A stretch of DNA of 64,000 bases, from positions 6,159 to 70,158 of IMG/VR virus record IMGVR_UViG_3300012041_000023; one strand, given 5' to 3'. Below the pieces are notes generated by a model. That model was not told where the DNA came from, searched no databases, and saw only the letters and a list, made by a program, of their open reading frames with translations. The DNA is from a virus (lineage: Duplodnaviria; Caudoviricetes). Within the stretch, counting starts at the first letter, position 1, and each line of letters begins with the position of its first letter. This document shows, one piece after another, positions 9,711-17,876 of the stretch. The translations under genes and the position numbers were made by a program.

Positions 9711-12700
9711 CGCGCGCCTCCCATACCGTGGCATCTCTGGGCGACAGCCAGCCGAACTCGCCGCTTCTCATCGCTCGAACCGAATCTCGCTACCATCTGC
9801 AGAGCCGCACGACAATGCGCGGGATCGTGCACGGGATAGCGCCGCCCCGGCAGGGCGAAGGCGCTATCGGGCAAGCGGTTCCTCATGCGTGCGGTCAGCT
9901 CGGCCTTGAAGGGGTTGTTCAACAGCCGCGCCGCACCGCGCAAGATGCGTGTGAGTGCCGGCCCCTCCTGCATAAGCGGTCCCGCCGTCTCCTGCAGAAC
10001 ACGACTCACGGGCACTCGGACTGGCACGCGCCCCGGAGGTGCTAGAGAGAGTGCGTCAGTTCTGGGGGCGTTGAACACGGTGCCATCGGGATCGAAACGC
10101 CAGCTCCTCACGATACGCCCTGAAGGAATCGCGTTTTTAGCCTTGGGGAAGCCATCCCGAGGATCGACCTGAATATCCGGCCCCTGTGCCACCTCGACCA
10201 CAAAAGTGGGGTGTCCCGTGCGTCCTGGATTGTCCCGTCCGAAATTGACCGTAGATTCCGCAATCCCAAATTGGGGAGCGAAACTCGTCCCCTCGCTTGG
10301 GTGCGAAAAGCGCCCGGTGCTTCTGATCTTCCCGTGCGTCACGATGGAAGCCGCCTCCGCTGCCGTGAGCCCACGAAACACGGTATTTGGGCTTCGCTGT
10401 AGATCAAAGGACGGGCCGTGTCGAAGTCTCAATACGTCAAAGTAATCTCGATCTGACGCCTTCGCGCCGCTGCGCAGGAACCGCACCACGCCGCGCAGGA
10501 TGGCCTGGGCCGCACTCGGCTGCGCCGTGGGTGGGATGGTGCGCTCCAGCTCCGCCACCGGCACGCGGGCCGGGAACGCCTCCGGCGGCAGCGTCCGCTC
10601 CACGGCGGGCGGTGTCGCTCGCCCTCCCGTGGTCGCGGGGGCGTTGGGCTGCGCGGTCCTGGTCCTGCTGCCCGGCGCGGCGCCCATCGTGTAGCGGCTG
10701 TCATCCGTGCGCGGCAGCACCCGTCCGCGCCGCACCCAGCCCGCCGTGCCCTGCGTCCGCCGCGGATCGCCGAGGGGGAGCTTCCGGTAATCCTCGGGCT
10801 CCAGCGCGGGGTTGATGAGCCGCCCGCCGGGACCCACGTGGGTGTCGGGCGGCGGTGGCGTCTCACCCGGCTTCACCGCGCCCATAACCTCGCCCGTGCG
10901 GCTGTCCACGATATTGCCGTCCGCCATCAGGTGATAGCGGGGCGCGGCCTGTGTGGGCCGCGCCGCCGTGGGGCCGTGGGGCGGATCGCTCTGGCGGGTG
11001 AAATACGATTCCGGGGGTTGCTCCTGGTTACGCAGCGCCCGATAGCGCGCTTCTGCCTCCAACCGCCCCCGCTCAATCTGCTCGGGCGTGGCGGTGGGAC
11101 CGGGCGGACCGAGGCGGCTCCGGCGTGACTGCCCCGAAAAGATCGAGCGCGGCTCGATCAACTGATGGGGTCGGTTGACGGGCTCGTCTGGAACTGCGTC
11201 TGGAAAGTGTTGGGCAGTCTCCTTGACCTTGGCGACTAAAGCCTCCCACTCCGCCCGCAATTGTTGTGTCTCGGGTGAGTAAGCGCGGGTCGGAAGGCGT
11301 CTGCCCGCTGCCGTGTTTTCCTTGGCGTAGTTGTTATTCAAGCGCCCGGTCACATCGTGGAGTTCTTGTCGAAGTCTTCGATACTCTGGATTCTCCGCCT
11401 TCATCCCGCCGTAGCAGTCGTGGTCATCGTGCCGCCGCTTCCGCCGGATGGGCCGCACCCCGCGGCCGCGCACCACCAGCGCTTCCTGGCTCGTGGTGCT
11501 CATATCCTTGTAGGCGGTGGCGTCATGGGGATCCCAGTCGAAGCCGTGGGGGCCGAGGTCACTCTTCAGGGCGCGAGGCGCGAGGCGCAGCACCTCCGCG
11601 GCCCGTGACAGGAGCGAGGGCGGCGGGGGCTTGGCGATGCGGGCAGCCGCGCCGAGCGGAACATGCGACGGGTAGCCCGGCACCCAGTTCGCCGCGTCCA
11701 GGTTGGAGGCGAGCGAGCCCGGCCGCCACGGCGGATCGAGAATGTGATCGGCGAGCGCTCCCGTGGCACGCGCCACGCCCCTGGTCCGTGCGAGGATGCC
11801 CGGCTTCGGGCGCACGGTCGCCGGCGGCAGGTCCCGCAGGGCTGGATGGTAGGGCACCTGCCGGCGCACCATGTCGACCGGGCCTCCCACGAAGCGGTTC
11901 TCCTTGCGGCGCGGATCGAGATACCCCGCCGGCTGCGAGGCGTGGCGGAGGAGATCGTCGAGCGGTTGGCCCGAGACGCGGCGGCGGATCAGGTCCTCGA
12001 TCTGCCTCCCCTGCTCGGCACGGCGCTGGTCGCCGATGAGTGCCATGCGCTTGGTGGTGCGGGAGAGTGCCGGGTAGAGCATAAATCCCAGCGATCCCGC
12101 GTAGATGTCGACGTTTTGCCGCCGCGCATCCCGCATGGGGTCCTTGCCCTGCGCCAGCACCTGGCGCACCGGCACCCGCTCGCGGGTGTCATACGGGGCG
12201 GGGGCAATCACGTCGCCCATCCGCTGCACCGCCGCCTTGGTGGCGAGGAGTGCCGCCCGCGTTGGGGATGCGAGGGAGGTCCGCGGCACAGGGGACGGGG
12301 ACGCGAACATATTCATCCGTCCCGCCGCGCCCAGATTCCGGCTGATCGCACGCGCCACCGCGAGGTGTCCCGGATAGGGGATCTTGGGCAGTGCGTTCGC
12401 GGGCAGGTTCAGTCCCGGCACGGGGCCGTAGGGACCTAGCGGCGAAATCCAGTCGCGGTAGTCGCCGCCGTGCATGGCGTCCTGATAACCCACGGCAAAC
12501 TGCAGCGCACCCAGCCCTGCGTGGACCGGTCGGCTGGAGAGCACGCGGCCCAGCCCGCGCGCCACCCCACCCGCCGCCTGCCCCACCCGCGCGAGCTGCT
12601 GACGGCGTGCGGCGCGTGCCGCCTCGTCCGCGAGATACGCCTGACGCGCCGAGAGGATGCGGGGCTGCTCCGCCTTCACACCCCCCGCCCTCCGCAAGAG

Positions 12701-15463
12701 GCCCGCCACCCGCGCCAGCAGCGGCTCCGGCGGGGTAGCGCGGAAGGCGTTCGGCGGGGGTTTCGGCACGCGGAACCCGGGCGGCGCGTTCGGCGGCGCT
12801 TCATAGCCCACGGGCACGGCGGGCTGTCCGTAGGGCACGCGCCACACGGCGACGGCGCGGGCCTTGGAAGGCTTCGGGGATCCTGGCGGCACTTCTTTCT
12901 CCCATGCCTGCTTCAAGCGGTCCAGATACGACCGTCCCAGCCATTCCCAGTCCGTGGAGGCGGCCGGCGTCGGCGGCCGGTCGAAGAGACGGCCGCGCTC
13001 GAGCCGCAGGTGCTCGGGAACCGGATCGCCCACGGGCACCGGGGGACCGAGCAACTGGTCGGCGTAGGGGCTGCCGCTCGTCCCGGGCGGAGGCGCGTAG
13101 ACCTCCCAATCGTAGCGCCGGGGATAGTGGCGGGTAAAGCGCGCTTCCTTCTCCTTCTTCAGCCGGTGCGCCATCAGCCCCGTCGCGGCGACCGCACCGG
13201 CCCCGACGACGGCCCGGTCGATCTCTTTGCGGTTGGGCTGCTGGTCGATCCAGTTATTGATGAAGTCCACCTCCGTGCGCGGTGCGACCTGGATCGCGGG
13301 GGTGGGATAGAAGCGCACGCCCACGTGGGCGGGACTGCCCTGCCAGGGATACCAGCCGCCGTAGATGTGCGGGGCCAGCGGCGAGAAGCGCAGGCCCACC
13401 GTGCCGGGCGCGGAGATCGAGGTCTGCGGGATCCCCGTCACCCCGATGTTCGGGTTGCGAATGCGGATCTTGTCGCCGATCTGGTAGCCGGTCTTCCCCC
13501 GCTTGATGAGGGGCTTGGGCTTCGGCCGGGTGTCGAACGGCAGCGGTGCCTCGACGTCCGCCTTGACGGGGCTGCGGCGCAGGAGGCTCCCCACGCGCTG
13601 CAAGAGGGAGGTCGGCGGTCCCGTCGCGGGCTTGCGCTGCAGGAGATTGCGGATCAGTCCTGGGTTCCCGCCCTCGTAGCCCATGAACACCGGTTTCCCG
13701 GTAGGGCCCTGCCGCCACACCGCCACGGGCGCGTCCGGCTTGGGCTCGGGCGGCACCTCGGCCTGGTAGGCGTTCTTGATCCGCCGCTTCACGTCATCCA
13801 TGTAGAGCGCCCAGTCGCCCACCTGCGGCGGGTTCTGGGCGGTGGGCAGACGGGCCTCCACGTCCCCCACGCGGAGCACCCCGTTCGCGTCCACCGTGTC
13901 CACCCGGCGGGGGTAGTCCCCGATCCGGTGGACGGCGGGATCCCACTGCTGATAGAAACGTCGCGCTCCCAGCGTGCCGAGCAGGGCGCTACCGCCGATG
14001 GCAAGGGCCGCGTCGCGGCGGGCGTCCGGGTTCTGGTCCAGCACCCGGTTGATCTGCTTGCCGGGTATCCTGGCGAACACGGTGGGGCCCGGCTGCGGGT
14101 AGAGCCGGAATCCATAGCCGACCGGGTTCTTGCGCCACGCATCCAGCGGGCTCATGTTCTCGGGCGGCGGCCAGCCCCGCGGGTAGAGCGTCACCTGCTG
14201 GATGGGCAAGCCTCGCTCAAAGGGCGTGACCTGCAAGCTGGCGGTGGACGGGAAGCGCACCGGGAAGCCGAGCCGCCCAGAGTCCGGCTGCACGTCGGGC
14301 CACGGGAAGCGCACCTGCCCCACGCGCCCGATCTCGGGGCGGGGCTCGGGGCGACCGGCCTTGCGGGGCTTTACCTGGCGTGTGGGCGCCTGCCGCGTGT
14401 CGTGGGGCGGCGGCGCCTCGATGTCGCCGAAGCGCTGCACCTCCGCCTTGAAGGGTCCCTTCCCCACAAACCTCGACACCCCGTGCAGAACCCGTGTGAG
14501 GATCGGTTCCTCGTGAACAGCCATGCGCCCCGCCTGCTCAAGCACCGTTCGCGCCGGGACGCGGTGTGTCAAGGGGGGCAGGTTGTACTCGGCCCGCACA
14601 TGAGGAGGCACGAGGCGGCCCTCCTGAATGGCTCGTTCCACCGACCGTCGATGCAGTAACGGCGGCGTCGTCGTGGGATGGAACACGACGAACTCGTTCT
14701 GTGCCTCATGCACACCAATAAACCCTTGACGCTGCGCGGCTGCAGCCGCCTTGTCGATCAGCCGCTGCAGCCCGTCCGTATCGTACATGTGCCTCGGGGC
14801 CAACTCGGGGTGTGCCGCCTCAACGTCCCGCTTGAGCCGCTGCCACTCTAGTGCCGGCATTAGCTTGGTTCGGTCCACACGCGTCGCGACGACCGCCCCA
14901 CCGCCGCGATCAGCCGCGTTGGCATCCGGCCGCGCTCCTGCATTGGAGTAGAGGCTCCTGGCATAATCTCGATCCGGCGTAAAATAGACGCCCCGAGGCT
15001 CGGGGGCGGGGCGTCCGCCACGAAGCAGCATTTGGCGCAAACCGAAGCGGTTCGGATCGAAACCGTGTTGCTCAATCCGCCCTGCGTTGTCGCGCCCAGT
15101 CCCATGAAAGACCGCGTCCGCCTCAAACTCCTTGCGCGTCATTTGCCACGGCTCTTTGCGCTGCGCCTGGCGCGGATCGTTCGGAGGCGGCGCCTCCACG
15201 TAGCGATCCACCGGGGCCTTCGCCGCACTCGCGACCGCCTGCCAGAAGTCGCTTTTCGCGCCGCCGGGTCTCACGCCGACAATCCCCACTCTCGGATCCA
15301 CAACGGGCTGACCGCCGACGATCCCCGTGATGCCCCCTGCGCCGCCCTGGAAGGCGGGGTTCCCGGAAGGACCCTGGCCCTGGCCCGAGCCCCCGAAGCC
15401 CCCGCCGCCGCCGCCCGGGAGTCCCGGTAACGAGATACGTCGCCCGCCCCGACCGCCCATCAT
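9707..15463 (-). CDS. ~1918-aa modular polyprotein with two ADP-ribosyltransferase-like domains, paralogous modules and a C-terminal DUF6582-like domain
   Basis: GGAGG RBS and ATGA overlap at 15460-15463. Motifs VFHGT...GVYFTPDRDYA...NEFVVF and VFRG...GTSFA. C-terminus RNRLPDSAFALPGRRYPVHDPAH. Confidence 0.7.
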   Translation of the reverse strand: MMGGRGGRRISLPGLPGGGGGGFGGSGQGQGPSGNPAFQGGAGGITGIVGGQPVVDPRVGIVGVRPGGAKSDFWQAVASAAKAPVDRYVEAPPPNDPRQAQRKEPWQMTRKEFEADAVFHGTGRDNAGRIEQHGFDPNRFGLRQMLLRGGRPAPEPRGVYFTPDRDYARSLYSNAGARPDANAADRGGGAVVATRVDRTKLMPALEWQRLKRDVEAAHPELAPRHMYDTDGLQRLIDKAAAAAQRQGFIGVHEAQNEFVVFHPTTTPPLLHRRSVERAIQEGRLVPPHVRAEYNLPPLTHRVPARTVLEQAGRMAVHEEPILTRVLHGVSRFVGKGPFKAEVQRFGDIEAPPPHDTRQAPTRQVKPRKAGRPEPRPEIGRVGQVRFPWPDVQPDSGRLGFPVRFPSTASLQVTPFERGLPIQQVTLYPRGWPPPENMSPLDAWRKNPVGYGFRLYPQPGPTVFARIPGKQINRVLDQNPDARRDAALAIGGSALLGTLGARRFYQQWDPAVHRIGDYPRRVDTVDANGVLRVGDVEARLPTAQNPPQVGDWALYMDDVKRRIKNAYQAEVPPEPKPDAPVAVWRQGPTGKPVFMGYEGGNPGLIRNLLQRKPATGPPTSLLQRVGSLLRRSPVKADVEAPLPFDTRPKPKPLIKRGKTGYQIGDKIRIRNPNIGVTGIPQTSISAPGTVGLRFSPLAPHIYGGWYPWQGSPAHVGVRFYPTPAIQVAPRTEVDFINNWIDQQPNRKEIDRAVVGAGAVAATGLMAHRLKKEKEARFTRHYPRRYDWEVYAPPPGTSGSPYADQLLGPPVPVGDPVPEHLRLERGRLFDRPPTPAASTDWEWLGRSYLDRLKQAWEKEVPPGSPKPSKARAVAVWRVPYGQPAVPVGYEAPPNAPPGFRVPKPPPNAFRATPPEPLLARVAGLLRRAGGVKAEQPRILSARQAYLADEAARAARRQQLARVGQAAGGVARGLGRVLSSRPVHAGLGALQFAVGYQDAMHGGDYRDWISPLGPYGPVPGLNLPANALPKIPYPGHLAVARAISRNLGAAGRMNMFASPSPVPRTSLASPTRAALLATKAAVQRMGDVIAPAPYDTRERVPVRQVLAQGKDPMRDARRQNVDIYAGSLGFMLYPALSRTTKRMALIGDQRRAEQGRQIEDLIRRRVSGQPLDDLLRHASQPAGYLDPRRKENRFVGGPVDMVRRQVPYHPALRDLPPATVRPKPGILARTRGVARATGALADHILDPPWRPGSLASNLDAANWVPGYPSHVPLGAAARIAKPPPPSLLSRAAEVLRLAPRALKSDLGPHGFDWDPHDATAYKDMSTTSQEALVVRGRGVRPIRRKRRHDDHDCYGGMKAENPEYRRLRQELHDVTGRLNNNYAKENTAAGRRLPTRAYSPETQQLRAEWEALVAKVKETAQHFPDAVPDEPVNRPHQLIEPRSIFSGQSRRSRLGPPGPTATPEQIERGRLEAEARYRALRNQEQPPESYFTRQSDPPHGPTAARPTQAAPRYHLMADGNIVDSRTGEVMGAVKPGETPPPPDTHVGPGGRLINPALEPEDYRKLPLGDPRRTQGTAGWVRRGRVLPRTDDSRYTMGAAPGSRTRTAQPNAPATTGGRATPPAVERTLPPEAFPARVPVAELERTIPPTAQPSAAQAILRGVVRFLRSGAKASDRDYFDVLRLRHGPSFDLQRSPNTVFRGLTAAEAASIVTHGKIRSTGRFSHPSEGTSFAPQFGIAESTVNFGRDNPGRTGHPTFVVEVAQGPDIQVDPRDGFPKAKNAIPSGRIVRSWRFDPDGTVFNAPRTDALSLAPPGRVPVRVPVSRVLQETAGPLMQEGPALTRILRGAARLLNNPFKAELTARMRNRLPDSAFALPGRRYPVHDPAHCRAALQMVARFGSSDEKRRVRLAVAQRCHGMGGAR

Positions 15464-16143
15464 GATTCCTCCATGGCGCGGCGCGCGTTGTGCCAGGTGG
15501 GCAGGAAATAGTACTTGGGACCGTAAGGCAGGATCGGCCGCACCCAGTCCTCGTGCTCCTCGCCGCCGTAGATGAACATCCTTTGCGGCGCGACGACGTG
15601 CACCGCCGCGGCAAGCCCCGCCTTGAAGCGCGCTCGGCTCTCGGGATGCGCCGCCGTCTGACACTCACACGCCGCCATCGGCGGGTTCTTCGGGATGCCC
15701 TGGAAGGCGAAGGAGTAACTCTCCGCGGTGCTCCAGTTGAGGGAGGGGATTACTTTGAGACCAGCACCCTGGAACAGTCGCCCGAGCGTCCGCGTCCGTA
15801 CGATCGCGGCCTGCTGCGCGGGGAGCGGATCATCCGCCCACACACTGAAGTCGGGCTCCACGACGCTCTCCCATCCCTGGCGCTTAATCTCCGCGGTCTT
15901 GCCTTGCGGATCCCGCGCCAGATCGTTGAAACGCTCGTCGTCCACGTAGAAGCAAAGCACAGACCCAGCCGCCACTCGCCCTCTGGGTTCGCCAGCGCCG
16001 AACGTACTCCACACGCCCAGCGCGCCCGCCGTCAGGGGATAGCCGAACCCCGGATGCGTGTGCGTCGGCAGCGTGCGGCCCAGCTTCCCCGGATCGAGCG
16101 CGGGGATCGGCGGTGCCGTGGGGCGCTGGAGGGGGAGCGGCAT
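15460..16143 (-). CDS. DUF4417-family protein
   Basis: CFYVDDERF...VVEPDFSVWAD...KVIPSLNWS pattern; followed by an MGGRG-start gene. Confidence 0.75.
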   Translation of the reverse strand: MPLPLQRPTAPPIPALDPGKLGRTLPTHTHPGFGYPLTAGALGVWSTFGAGEPRGRVAAGSVLCFYVDDERFNDLARDPQGKTAEIKRQGWESVVEPDFSVWADDPLPAQQAAIVRTRTLGRLFQGAGLKVIPSLNWSTAESYSFAFQGIPKNPPMAACECQTAAHPESRARFKAGLAAAVHVVAPQRMFIYGGEEHEDWVRPILPYGPKYYFLPTWHNARRAMEES

Positions 16144-16200
16144 CAGGAGGAGCCTCCGAGCGTGGGGGTGAACTTACGATTGGCTCTCACGCATGAGAGA

Positions 16201-16231
16201 GCACCCGCGATGGCTGGAACCATCCGGGTGC
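16201..16231 (+). promoter_or_regulatory. HNH leader hairpin, copy 1
   Basis: GCACCCG-C-GA-TGG-CTGGAA-CCA-TC-CGGGTGC, upstream of AAGGAG and ATG 16257. Confidence 0.7.
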
Positions 16232-16256
16232 GTGTCACCAGAGAAAGGAGACTCTG

Positions 16257-16847
16257 ATGAGCAACAAGTATATCCCACCCCGTCAAAAGAAACAAGGGTT
16301 CCCTCCCTACGGATCCATCTGCCTGCCCAGCGGGCGATGGTGTCCCCGCAAACTCCACCCCCGTGATGGCTACTTCTACTTCCACACCGGCGGGCGGGTC
16401 GTTCTGGAACACATCTGGCTCTGGGAGCAGTGGAACGGCCGCGCTGTTCCCGACGGGTGCGTGATCCATCACCGAGACGAAAACCGCACGAATAATGCGC
16501 GCCCGAACCTCCAGTGTCTGACGAAGGCCGAACACAACTCGCTTCACAAACTGAAGTGGACCGGTCCCTGTTCGTTTGAAGGGTGTCGTGACAAAGCCGT
16601 ATGCAAAGGTCTCTGCGACCGGCATTACCATCAAGCGTTCCCACCCAAGGCGAAGGGCACGCCCGAGTTCAAGGCGCGGGCGAACGCCCGCGCGAGGGCT
16701 TATGCCGCGCGTCGCGCGGCACAGAAAGCCCTTGTCCAAATTCCGCCTCAAGACGTTAACGGCCAATTACAGCTCCTGCTCTGCCCAGCAATGGCCGAAG
16801 TAGGTCGAATCAGTACCAGTGTCACCTTCCAAGCAACCGAACACTAG
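16257..16847 (+). CDS. HNH endonuclease (HNH_3-like), antisense to the late operon
   Basis: LEHIWLW...VIHHRDENRTNNARPNLQCLTKAEHNSLH. Confidence 0.85.
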   Translation: MSNKYIPPRQKKQGFPPYGSICLPSGRWCPRKLHPRDGYFYFHTGGRVVLEHIWLWEQWNGRAVPDGCVIHHRDENRTNNARPNLQCLTKAEHNSLHKLKWTGPCSFEGCRDKAVCKGLCDRHYHQAFPPKAKGTPEFKARANARARAYAARRAAQKALVQIPPQDVNGQLQLLLCPAMAEVGRISTSVTFQATEH

Positions 16848-17483
16848 GCCGGTGCTCACGGAATCTGGGCACATGCTGGTGGCCGTGGCTAGAACCAGCG
16901 TGGGCGCGGCGAGGGCGACACTCGCGTAGACCTTCACGAGCGCGGTGCCGGAGACCGAGGCATCCGGCTGCACGACTACGTCATAATCCACCCAGGTGTC
17001 GTTCGCGTGCGTGAGGCCAAGCGCCACGGTTTCCGCCGTCCCTGATGCCTTGCGGGTGCGCAGGCGGGGAATCAGCGAGCCCGACAGCTTGTGGATGAGC
17101 AGGAAATCGGTGGAAGGGGTGCCGCCGCTCTCCATGTTGGCGGTGATGGTGGTCGAGAGGATGTTGAACCCACACACCCAGGCGTGATTCGTGGCGTCGG
17201 CATTGCGCACCGAGAAGGCGAACCTGGTTTGCTTGCCGGCCACGAAGCGATGACTCGCCGCGGCCTGGCAGTAGTTGTTTCCGTCAGTTGCGGCTCCCGC
17301 GCCGGCGATCCCGATACAGGCCCGCCCCCCCAGATTCTGCAGGGTAACGGTTCCATTCACGCTCGTGATGGTCCAGGGGTGGAGCGTGATCGGCAGGCGG
17401 TTGAAGTCCATGCCGATGGTATTCATCCGCGAACGAGCCGCTCCCGGGGCCACATCGAACAGGCTGTAGGTCTGTCTACTCAC
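16767..17483 (-). CDS. beta-rich hypothetical virion protein
   Basis: 238-aa Thr/Ala/Gly-rich ORF in the head operon. Confidence 0.55.
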   Translation of the reverse strand: MSRQTYSLFDVAPGAARSRMNTIGMDFNRLPITLHPWTITSVNGTVTLQNLGGRACIGIAGAGAATDGNNYCQAAASHRFVAGKQTRFAFSVRNADATNHAWVCGFNILSTTITANMESGGTPSTDFLLIHKLSGSLIPRLRTRKASGTAETVALGLTHANDTWVDYDVVVQPDASVSGTALVKVYASVALAAPTLVLATATSMCPDSVSTGLVFGCLEGDTGTDSTYFGHCWAEQEL

Positions 17484-17498
17484 CGCGTCCCTCCCTCC

Positions 17499-17876
17499 CT
17501 ACTCTGGATGTTCCAAGCACAGCACCGGCGCCACCGGACGCTCCCCGCCGGTGCAGCCGTAGTCCACGAACAGCACGCTCCGAGCGCCGGGCCCAACGCG
17601 CGGCATCGTCTCATCCTCACGCACCGGGCAGCCGAGCAGCGTGATCGGCGGCATCTCCGAGAGATCCCCGTAGACGTAGCGGCCGTCGCCCGTCTTGATG
17701 CTGATAATCAGCGCCATCGTCTCGGGGTGCAGGATGAACACGCAGTCGCCGCGTTGGCGCTGGTTGTAGGGCATGGCGTAGTAGAGGTGGATCAGGTCGT
17801 CACCCACCATCCAGTCCTGCGCCATCGCCATCACCGCCACCGTGGCGCCCTTCAGCAGGTCCATGCCCCTCCTCAT
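17499..17876 (-). CDS. hypothetical protein
   Basis: 125-aa ORF whose start overlaps the terminase stop. Confidence 0.5.
   Translation of the reverse strand: MRRGMDLLKGATVAVMAMAQDWMVGDDLIHLYYAMPYNQRQRGDCVFILHPETMALIISIKTGDGRYVYGDLSEMPPITLLGCPVREDETMPRVGPGARSVLFVDYGCTGGERPVAPVLCLEHPE

Noticed and set aside
15464-15664. N-terminal 67 aa of the 1985-aa ORF call
   Set aside because: It overlaps DUF4417 in another frame; the GGAGG RBS and ATGA coupling place the start at 15463.
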